Shown: positions 49,267 to 60,474 of the stretch, piece by piece
How positions within the stretch are numbered: the first letter of the stretch is position 1
Layout of the letters: each line of letters starts with the position of its first letter
Source: Xylographa opegraphella
Taxonomy: Eukaryota
Direction: 5' to 3'
NCBI GenBank assembly: GCA_022813865.1
Contig: JALDZX010000038.1
Coordinates: 124,001-188,000, forward strand
DNA length: 64,000 nt
The notes under the pieces: model-generated
Seen by the model: the letters and a program-made list of their open reading frames with translations, nothing else
What the model was told of the DNA's origin: nothing
Database searches by the model: none
Translations under genes and position numbers: made by a program

Positions 49267-51250
49267 ATGGGGCTCCTATCTCTCCATGAGCGTATTGAAT
49301 CTTTTCAGGACTGTCTGCAACTCCTGGCTCAAGAGGCTAACCAAAACGAACATGCTCGGAAGGAGCTCCTCAATGTGACAGCAAAGGCAGTGGCCTCTTT
49401 AGAGACGCCTGCGGAAACGATTTTGCGAATGATGCATTCAGTGAGATGCTTTCCCACTTGATACATATGCTTAAAAGCTCCGAGTTTAATATTATTGTAA
49501 GCCGGTTGTGCCTTCGGTCTTGATGGCAGTTATCAAAATGGGTGCTCTTCAGGCTATTGTCCAGAGCCGGACTCCCATGACCGTCACACAGCTGGCAACC
49601 ATCACAGGTGCCGATAAGGTTCTCATAGGTATGATTTTCATTGGGAACTCCTGTTCCTGATAGAAGCTAATACATGTCAAGTGCGATTACTGAGACCTCT
49701 CGTCGCTTTGGGTTATTTTACAGAGACCGATATTGAGACGTATACGTCAACCCCAATCTCGCAGATGCTGACCGCACCGCACTTCTTTGGAGGCTTCCAG
49801 TTCCTGTTTGTATTTTCTCTCTGGCTGATATCTTTTTATTCTAATAGCGTTACTTAGCTCCGCGGGAGCTACAAAGTCTCTCGCTTACTTGCCGGACTAT
49901 CTTGCTATGACGGGGTTCAGATCTGTGAACTCCGTTCCCGGTCCTTTCGAGTACACTATGGGAGCGAATGAGTATGGAGAATGTGGTATGTTTGAATGGC
50001 TGTTATCGGACCCTCCAATGCTTGCCAACTGGAATGCTTTCATGTCCGGACGCCGAGCATATAGGAAGCAATGGTACGAGATGTTCCCTGCAGATCAAAT
50101 CATTCTGGAGGATGCCAGCAATAACAGTGATGATGCTATCTTACTCGTCGATATTGGTGGAGGCGAAGGGCAAGATGCCGAGGCTTTCCGTGCCAAGTTC
50201 TCCGATATTCGCGGTCGAGTGATACTTCAAGATTTGCCCGAAGTCATAAACAATATCAAGAAGCTTGACGATAGAGTCATGCAGATGGCGCACGATTTCT
50301 TCAACCCCCAGCCGGTCAAAGGTAAAGCCTGCAAGTCTCGTCTGGATTCTCTGGCTGCTAAGCTTTGTTATTTATAGGCGCTAATGCATACTACTTCCGC
50401 AACATCTTTCACAACTGGTCGGATGTTGACTGCCTCAAAATCCTTAAGAACACTGCCTCAGCGATGAAAAAAGCCCATTCCAAGCTCTTGCTGTTTGAAT
50501 GGATTTTGCCGCAGAAGGACGTACCTCTGTTCCCGGCCCTTCTCGATATCAACCTGATGGCTTTGCTAAGCGGTATGGAGCGCACCGAAGCTCAATGGCG
50601 GATGTTGCTAGATTCTGGCGGCTTCGAGATTGTCAAGTTCTGGAAGACTTCCCCGGATACCGAAGGCATGATTGAAGCTGTCCTGAAGGAGGGGAATCAA
50701 AAAGATACAGAAGCCCCGATCGAGTNNNNNNNNNNNNNNNNNNNNNNNNNNNNNNNNNNNNNNNNNNNNNNNNNNGAATCAAAAAGATACAGAAGCCCCG
50801 ATCGAGTCTGTGCTAAAGACGGAGAATGGAACGGATATGAAAGGCATGATCGAGACTATGCCAATTGGGGAAACAGAACCAGAAACAGAAATCAACAAAT
50901 ACATTGAAGCTATGCCAAAGGAGAACAAAGAACATATAGAAAGCGATGAAGACACGGAAGGCAAGGTTGATGCTCTCTCAAAGGTGGACGAAAACGATAA
51001 GGAAGGTATCACTAAGGCTGTGATAAAGGGCGGGACTGGAACAGTTGTGGAAGACATGCCAGAAGATGTCTCGAAAGCGAAGAACGAAATAGACTTGGAA
51101 ACCATACCTGAGGCTGCGTCGAAGGTGGAGGACGGAAAGCTCATCGAGCTCGAAGACATCCAGCACAGGTTACGACCCGCGGACCAGGTCAAAGCGGCTG
51201 ACTGCAGTAGTATGAACGTTGGAGTGCCACTATCAGGTCATATCTCTTGA
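49267..51250 (+). CDS. SAM-dependent O-methyltransferase (Methyltransf_2, secondary-metabolite type) with an acidic C-terminal extension
   Basis: LVDIGGGEG, ILQDLPEV, HDFFNPQPVKGANAYYFRNIFHNWSD, GMERTEAQW; 4 introns; the 3' end is inferred by joining across the N gap. Confidence 0.85.
50726..50775. other. Assembly gap (50 N)
   Basis: Run of N flanked on both sides by an identical 32-bp sequence. Confidence 0.99.
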
Positions 51251-51666
51251 ATCCAGAATTAGATCATAGAAGGTGGGAGAGTGGGAGCTGTATGCATGAG
51301 TGCTTCATTAGAACAGATTCGATTGGATAGGAAAGGGAAATATGTACGTGCGAATTGCTTGACTATGGTAGATTTGAACGTACTGTGATTGTGTCCCTGA
51401 AAGGTGAAAGAAGTTGCAAGACGATGTTTCTGTGACTTGTCAGTGGACACAGTTCGCCACCTCATTCCTCCTTGGACTAACAAGCATTGTTGCCCTAACA
51501 CAACTGCTCGAATAGTCCAACGGGCCCTGCGAGACTTCTTCATCGCAAGGCTTCTACGAATTAGCGCACTGAACTACAACTGGATCCACTACAACCGAGC
51601 CCTTATGCGAGGAAACATCCAGTTCTTCTATGAATCCATTGTTCGCCGTTTGCATTGCGCCGACTG

Positions 51667-53393
51667 CTATCGTGTTGATTGCTCCAGCTCAAACACCCAG
51701 CCCGTCTGCCCATCCTTGGTTTCTCGTTTCATTGACGCCTCAATATCTGCACGATACGGTCTGAATGATGATACCAGCAGATGGCTGAAGCCTTCGAGCC
51801 TGTCTCCCTTGAACACCCATCGCGCATCATCAATTTGAGCTACCCCTAGAGCTGTGATTTTGCTCCACTCCAACCGTTCCTTGCGTGAACGATCGTAAAT
51901 GCTTTGTCTGCCGTGGCCTTCTCCAATAGTTAACTCCCAATCACCTGCCCAATCGGACCATCCAGGTTTATCAGTCGCATGGCTCCTCTGTCCATTAATG
52001 GAGTGTGTTGCAACGAGGCAGATAGGATTGAACTCAAAATCAAAACCGAGTTTGATGTACCTGACACTTCCCTTCTGCTGCGAAATATTAAGAGTTCCCA
52101 CGTGTCCGTACACTACGGAGCCAGGAGCATATTTCGCTTTCTCTCCACCCTCCCTGAGGTTTCCTTCAATCTCAAAAAGATTCCTACCTTTTGAATCATG
52201 CTTAAGCAATTCGGTGCTGATCCTGATACCATGATTTCTTTTCTGGGCCAGCAATGTCATTTCATTTAGCTGAAGCTTGGCTTGGGGGACATGGACCGAC
52301 ACACTGAGGTATTCAGTGAGTCCTTCTTCCGGCAGCGGAATGGTCACTATTTCCACGCCATGTACGGTCACTCGGGCATACTGATCGTCGCCGGTTAATC
52401 TGCGCAGAAAGATACCCATCAAGCACGGACGACCAGTGCTGTCGGCATTGGCAGGAGTTCTAGAGCACTCCAAGATAGCCAGATATGTGTCTCGTGTCCA
52501 CGGCTTCAGGCTGAGATTGATGGAAGACCCCTGTTAGTGACTGAATATGGATGTCTTCCCTTTCGCGCTCGTACATTTGTAATGTTTCGACCAGTTGCGA
52601 AATATTCCGGCTTCAATGCCAGCATACCAGGCTGCTCTGAATCTATTCCCTGCCATGCGAAGAGAGATTGGTCGTCTGATTGCTTGATAATCTCCTCTTG
52701 CAATCGAAGAAACGCTTTCGTCCCTTCACCGTAAAGCATTGGCATTCGGACATCAAATATCCCCAGCAAACTGTACGCTCGGTCTTCTACACGTTTCGTG
52801 GTACGTTTCGAGGCCCACGACATTCTTTCAGCGACAGAGACATCTTGCAATCTGCCTTTTCCTCTCAAAATGTCACAGCTGATGCCGGTGACTGCCGCAA
52901 TATCATGCTGAAGTGAAGTCTTATCACCCAGCTCACACCAATGCTGACCATAGAAGGAGATATTGTCAGGCGCTACTAGCTCCTGCAACGTCCATCCACG
53001 TTGAAACCACACGCTCTTTCCAAACGCCGGGCACGAAGGTACTTGGCCGCCCTACCAATCACTCTCAACATCAAACAAATAGGCGTAGCACCTTTCAGCA
53101 TTTCGGTACCATTGATACATTGAATTTATCGCTTCTTGCAGTTCGGCACTGCTCGTTTTGTCGATACAGCATGTGTCAACCCATACATAATTTAGATTGT
53201 CGCCATTGGCTATTCGACAGCACATTTGAATCTTCTGGAAACCCTTCTTATTTTGCCGCGCGGATTGGGATTGCATTTCTTGGAATGTCACTTCTTCCTC
53301 CTCCCAACGATGGGATTATATACCATACGCAGGAATTGTCTCCATCGTCTCCGTGTCCACCATCTCCAGGGTGGTGCTGTAGACAAGACGCAT
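51667..53393 (-). pseudogene. HET-domain (heterokaryon incompatibility) pseudogene
   Basis: MRLV...YGI*SHRW, YVWVDTCCIDKTSSAELQEAINSMYQWY, WFQRGWTLQEL, AERMSWASKRTTKRVEDRAYSLLGIF; stops at 53318-53316 and 53054-53052; frameshift near 52524. Confidence 0.9.
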
Positions 53394-53454
53394 GACTTTA
53401 CTCAACGCATGACTTTACTCAACGCATGACTTTACTCAACGCATGACTTTACTC
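53388..53454. repeat. 17-bp tandem repeat x4 containing the HET pseudogene start codon
   Basis: ACGCATGACTTTACTCA three times plus a 16-nt fourth copy. Confidence 0.95.
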
Positions 53455-54216
53455 GAGCTCAAACAATTTTTCAATTTTGTAGCAGGTCACAGTTAAACAG
53501 GTCTCTGGCTTGGCTTGAAAAAGTATCCAAGATTAAGGACGTTCAGTTCCACAGAATGTCTCGTCTGTGCGAAAATGATAGGGGGACGATCCTTCGGGAA
53601 ACATGTAGAATGAATGAGAAAACGCTTTCAGGGATAGAATGCAATCGCTCTGCCTGGAGTGTATCCAAAGAACATACTACACTCCATCCATATCATTATT
53701 GGCTCATCCTTCGCTCCGATATTCGAAACCTGGCAGGACAGTTCGAGTCTTCTAGCGGCTCGTCATGGCGATCGAGGCTGTGTGCGATCTCATTTCATTT
53801 CTACATAGCCAAGGCTCAGCTCGGTACTGTCACTTCGAGAGCTCGACCAATGCGAAGGTCGAATAATCGACATAGCCCTGTACCTGTGGTCCAGGCGGTT
53901 ACTTGTAAGTAGATGGCTGTGCTATTCAGGATTCCAGAGCTGATTCCTATTCGCCCACCTGGGGTGGCACGGACCACTGCGGCAGGTAAGGCAAGCCGCC
54001 AGGCATTTCTTGTCTCATCCTTTTAATACCCAGTTGAGGTCTGAATTTGAACGTATGATCTGGAATATTTTCTAGGCAGTTCACTTCATTTAGCGCCGTG
54101 GCCATATATTGTAAGTAGAATATCTTAGAGTCCTCTGGAAGCCGAGACGATTTCCACTATAGCCCTGAAAGGCATCTCCAATCGCCTGTGTTTGCGTATT
54201 TGTCACAGATCAAACA

Positions 54217-56661
54217 ATGCTTCCCTACGGTATCCAGCCCGGAAAGGTGTTTGGATCTGCCCGTTATAATCATAAAATCCTAGATGAGGATGAGATCAGG
54301 AGTTTCTTCGAAAGAGCAGGTATGGGAAATGCCCCAGAAAGTTCTTCACGCCCGCCTCGTCGTCCAAACCCACAACCGCGCGTGATCCACCTGCAAAGGC
54401 AGCCAGAGTCACAGGTACAATATCCTCAAGACTCGAATTTGCTAGTCCATAAAAAGCAGCACGCAACTGAAAGAAGCACAGATCGTCGTTTTAATATTGC
54501 ATCAGATATTGTTGCATCACCACAGCTTCCAGTTGGAGCACGGTCGTCTCGCGGGCGTGGATCTGGCCGCTTATCGAGCCACAGAGATCTTTTGGCTCTC
54601 CAGCGTCCAAGCAATGTTTCTCTAGGCGGTTCCTCCGGTACCAGCCTCTCCGAGCTGCCGAAGAACAGCGACCAAGTCATGGAAAATGTCTTTTGTGGCC
54701 ACTGTCAACTCTTTATCGATGAATCTCGGACAGTAAGAATGCGGGCTGTGGGAACAACCACCGGGCACAACGGCGGAGGTTTGGATATATACGTCGAGCC
54801 CAGTAACAAGAAAAGAAAAGGAGAAGATGTCATTGAGAGTTTTCCTCACTACGACAACATCGGAGCCCTTCAGCAGTCGGCCTTGAACGGATGTCACCTT
54901 TGCTCCCTCTTCGCCGCTCCAGACCCAACGGCCTCTGAGCTGCCGCCGAATTACAGCTCAAAACCATATTCGTTGTGGGTACATTGTAAGCAAAATTACG
55001 ATGGCCCAGGACGGATTGAGATGGACGTACAAGGGCATCGTCCGAAGACGACGTATATCTCCTACGACAGACCGCTAGCGAGAATTCAAGGTTCACTCAG
55101 GTATAAACGGACGGATGCAGATGAAGTTTTGAAGCTTGCAAAAGTCTGGCTTGAATCCTGCCTCGACCATCACGAGAAATGCCGTCACAGCTCCAGTGGA
55201 TGTGGTTTCGTCCCTACTCGCCTCTTAAAGATTACTACAAGCGGCCCTGTTCTCCTTTGTGTACAACTGTGTCTTACGAACAGCAAAGACTTCGACCCAT
55301 GCACTCCTTACCTGGCCCTCAGCCACTGCTGGGGGGCGTCTGATATCCTCAAACTTACAAAATCCTCCCTGCCCACCTTCATCAGCAATCTTCCACTCGC
55401 CTCCCTTCCTCAAAACTTCAGCGACGCCGCCCTCATAACCGCACGTCTCGGTTATACATACCTGTGGGTCGACTCCCTCTGCATTATTCAGGACTGCCCC
55501 GAAGACTGGGACAAGGAAGCCGCAACCATGGGCAACGTCTACAGCAACGCAGTGTGTACCATCGCTGCACTTGGCGTCACTGACAGCCGTGGTGGCTGCT
55601 TCGTGACGCGTAATCCACTGTCTTTTGAGCCTTGCCTGCTGCGTGACGGCGACGGTAGGGATACCATTTGGGCAGAGAACCAGCGGGTACAGCGGCCAGA
55701 TTCAGAGGGCGAAATGAAGCCCCCACTGCATCGGCGTGCGTGGGTCGTGCAGGAGCGGGCACTGGCGCCGCGGACGTTGTATTTCGGGTCTGAGATGGTG
55801 TTTTGGGAATGCTTGGAAGGGACGGCATCGGAAGAAATACCAGGATTGAAAGCGATGGCGTCTAAGAATTCGGATGATCGATCCGACAATCCATCTTTGG
55901 CATCGTCGTTGGGCCTAAAAGCGACGCTGGTTACGATGAAGAAGTCATGCCGCAGTGGCGATTGGGCGGACTGGGAGTGTTTCTGGTGGAAGATGGTCAA
56001 GGAGTACACCGCGAGCAAACTGACGTTCGACAGCGACAAGTGGACCGCGTTCTCGGGATTGGCGATTGCGATCGAGCAGCATACTCAGACGCGACTCTAC
56101 CATGGGCTTTGGGAGTCGAACGTCTTCGACGAGCTGCTCTGGAAAGTGCTGAAGCCTGGCCGTAGACTGGACTTTGACGCCCCGTCATGGTCGTGGCTTT
56201 CAGTCGATGCGGGCGTCCATGAACAGCGCTACAATTACAACAGCGATTTCCGGCAAGCGGCCACGGTTTCCATTCCACCCTCCGATAATTCACAACGGTC
56301 CAACAAACTGTCGGTACGAGGACGCCTGCTACGGTTCACTTCGCGCGTGATACACACGGGAAGCGGAAAGCGGGAATACAAATTCAAGCTCCAGAACGGG
56401 CGTCCAACGCCGGAACGGTCCACCGACGGCCGCTGGCATCCAGACATCACGCCGGACGAGAAGTGGGAGCTGTCGATCTTACAGTTCGTCACCACGGCGT
56501 ATAAAGAAAGCTACGGGCTGGTGGTTCGGCCTCTCGATGCTTCGAAGACGAGCTGGCAACGGGTCGGGTACTACGGGATGTGCTGGGCCCATGAGGATCA
56601 CGGGACTCAGATGGCACCGCCGCGGTATTTTGGGGAGATAGAAACTGTGACTCTCGTATGA
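54217..56661 (+). CDS. Intact HET-domain protein, 814 aa
   Basis: FCGHC...SALNGCHLC, PTRLLKI, YLALSHCWG, LPQNFSDA, YLWVDSLCIIQD, EAATMGNVYSNA, RAWVVQER, APSWSWLS. Confidence 0.9.
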   Translation: MLPYGIQPGKVFGSARYNHKILDEDEIRSFFERAGMGNAPESSSRPPRRPNPQPRVIHLQRQPESQVQYPQDSNLLVHKKQHATERSTDRRFNIASDIVASPQLPVGARSSRGRGSGRLSSHRDLLALQRPSNVSLGGSSGTSLSELPKNSDQVMENVFCGHCQLFIDESRTVRMRAVGTTTGHNGGGLDIYVEPSNKKRKGEDVIESFPHYDNIGALQQSALNGCHLCSLFAAPDPTASELPPNYSSKPYSLWVHCKQNYDGPGRIEMDVQGHRPKTTYISYDRPLARIQGSLRYKRTDADEVLKLAKVWLESCLDHHEKCRHSSSGCGFVPTRLLKITTSGPVLLCVQLCLTNSKDFDPCTPYLALSHCWGASDILKLTKSSLPTFISNLPLASLPQNFSDAALITARLGYTYLWVDSLCIIQDCPEDWDKEAATMGNVYSNAVCTIAALGVTDSRGGCFVTRNPLSFEPCLLRDGDGRDTIWAENQRVQRPDSEGEMKPPLHRRAWVVQERALAPRTLYFGSEMVFWECLEGTASEEIPGLKAMASKNSDDRSDNPSLASSLGLKATLVTMKKSCRSGDWADWECFWWKMVKEYTASKLTFDSDKWTAFSGLAIAIEQHTQTRLYHGLWESNVFDELLWKVLKPGRRLDFDAPSWSWLSVDAGVHEQRYNYNSDFRQAATVSIPPSDNSQRSNKLSVRGRLLRFTSRVIHTGSGKREYKFKLQNGRPTPERSTDGRWHPDITPDEKWELSILQFVTTAYKESYGLVVRPLDASKTSWQRVGYYGMCWAHEDHGTQMAPPRYFGEIETVTLV

Positions 56662-57251
56662 AGTTGGGGGCGATATTATGGTTACTCATCATGTCCGAGG
56701 CTCATCCACTATTTCACGGCCGGGTCCTCCACTTCGTCGGGCGACAGAGCCAGCGACTCTGGCCGGTCGTCCAGAGCGGGATGACACTTCCATAAATTAA
56801 TCGGACCTATAATCCAGCACGTCGGTATGAAGCGCCCAGAAGATGGCGGAAGAACCAGTAACAGACTGGCACTGCTTTGAACCGCGGGTACTATCTCGAA
56901 TCCAGCCAGCAGCTACCAAAGGCTTGGTCTGTAGATTACTGGAGCCAAATCACCAGCTGAACAGGTTGACAGCCTCATCAGTGCTGCAAGCCGGTCCTCC
57001 TCCGGCAGCGGACCTGCGCAGCGAGTGGCAAGGGTAGACCGTACGATCAGGAAATATCTCACTGCTGTTCCAGATGGGCACGATTGTACTACGGCGCAAA
57101 CATGTTTCACCTTCCGCAGTCAACAAGAATCACCACACGAAATCATGATCTGAGTCTCACTTCGGATCGTCGTCGCGGCACGCAACAATATACCGTTTCT
57201 TTACTCAAATCTGCAATAGCTTTTGAAGTCTTCCTAATTTGTACATGAATT

Positions 57252-58764
<1,513 letters not shown>

Positions 58765-59041
58765 GATGAAGACGTAGAGAAAAGCCTACAAGATGTTCTG
58801 AGACGTCGGGGACCATTGTGTAGAATCAGCTCTTTAATGATACTCCCTACGTGGGAGCCACAAACATGACCCCACACGAACTATAGCCTGAAATTGACAG
58901 CGATGCGGTCTGAAGGAACGGTGAGTCGCTGGCTCTGATTCCCTTCCATCGTCACCACCGTCGTCGAGGTAGCCAAGCGACGAGCTTCAGGAGAGCTTGC
59001 TTGCACTCACTCTAGACCTCGCGACGGATTGGTCCGTCGTG

Positions 59042-59122
59042 CCAATCCCCGCTTCCCCAGGAAATAGACTTCCCCGGGAAAGGCAGTTCATGGTGAGGGG
59101 ATAAAGGTATTTAGCCGGCTAA
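59042..59122 (-). promoter_or_regulatory. CCAAT box, three CreA sites and an inverted XlnR site pair upstream of GH30
   Basis: CCAAT 59042-59046; reverse-strand SYGGRG at 59047, 59055 and 59072; palindrome TTAGCCGGCTAA 59111-59122. Confidence 0.65.
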
Positions 59123-59609
59123 TATCGAGTGCGTTCAACCCGATTTCTTCGTCCGAAGGTGCATGGTTTCAACGGCGTGCCTGGAGCTATACCATATCGG
59201 CGAGTCGTGTGGGGCGGTAGGATGTGGAGACAGATGACCGGAAGCAAACAACCAGAAGTTGCTCTGAGATGGAAGAGGGAAGCTCGGCACTTGTCCGAAT
59301 ATAAAGTTCGGCAGCCCGGCGCTTACTTAGTCCACAACGGTACAGGGCAGCCTCGCTTGGATAATCTTATCCTAAGCGCGTCAGGTAAGTTAGGCGCCGA
59401 TTTTAAACTTTCTGCAGCCAACAAGTCTCCTGCAAGGCCCGACGAAAGGAGCGCAGATATCCACCGACAGGATCCTAGAGCACCAAACCAAGCATAGCGT
59501 TCCGCACTCCCACGGCAAACAATTCAGCTGGATACCACACCTGGCAGCAGCGTACACCCTCTCGCCTAAGCCGCCGACCGGCCATTCCCACTTCCCACAG
59601 CGCTCAGCA

Positions 59610-60110
59610 ATGTCGCTCGTGAACCTCTCGCACCTATGCTCCCACCTCCAAAACGCCTCCAAAGCCCGCCTCGGGTTGACCTCGTTCCCACACTCCAACC
59701 TCCACCTCTCGCTCCTGCACTCGCTCCAACGCTCCGGCTTCATCAGCACCGTCACACTCGGGGGCCCGACGCCGCCCCCGCCCTCGCCGCTGCTCTCTCA
59801 CCCGCGGGACCCCGAGGGCTCGGTGATCACGCAGACGAACCGCGCGTCGCGCCGGCTGTGGGTGGGGCTGAAGTACTGGAACAATGAGCCTGTGTTGAGT
59901 AAGATGGGGATGGTGAGCAAGCCGACGCGGCGGATATGGATGGACGTGGAGGAGCTGCGGGACGTGGCGAAGGGGGTACGAAGCGGCTATATCGAGGGCT
60001 TGAGGGGCGTGGGGGAGTGCTTGTTTGTGAGCACCGATCGAGGGATTATGGAGGTGAGGGAGTGTGTGGAGAGGGGTGTGGGGGGGATGGTTCTGTGTCG
60101 GGTGTTGTGA
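59610..60110 (+). CDS. MRPS8: Mitochondrial ribosomal protein uS8m
   Basis: MSLVNLSHLCSHLQNASKARLGLTS, RRLWVGLKYWNNEPVL, SKPTRRIW, STDRGIME, GGMVLCRV. Confidence 0.93.
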   Translation: MSLVNLSHLCSHLQNASKARLGLTSFPHSNLHLSLLHSLQRSGFISTVTLGGPTPPPPSPLLSHPRDPEGSVITQTNRASRRLWVGLKYWNNEPVLSKMGMVSKPTRRIWMDVEELRDVAKGVRSGYIEGLRGVGECLFVSTDRGIMEVRECVERGVGGMVLCRVL

Positions 60111-60474
60111 AGGACCGGCGGGAAAGCTGGATGGGATAATTGGGAGGGAGAGCTGTGGATTTGATGAACTGAGATGGAGAGCCGCGGGTGGCTTTAGCAT
60201 TGCGATGGCGTTTTTGAGAGCTGTGTATATACCGGGTAGGGGAGAAGTGATTTGCGGGTCTTTCAATAGCACCTACATATTACAAAAACTAAGCTACGCA
60301 TTTCAGGAGCTAGTGCGAACATTACTTATAGAATGAACCTCTCGGTGATGGGCGCTCAGCGTCCGAACGAAGGTCACGATCCAGAATCGCGGACAACGCT
60401 CCAGCAACAAACAGCAAGGGCTAAAGCTTCAACACGAAAGAGACAATGACCCACACAAAAGGAGCACGCAACGC

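Noticed and set aside
49267..51250. Secondary-metabolite gene cluster around the O-methyltransferase
   Set aside because: No PKS, NRPS, terpene cyclase, P450 or cluster transcription factor nearby; ERG9 is a primary-metabolism gene 12 kb away
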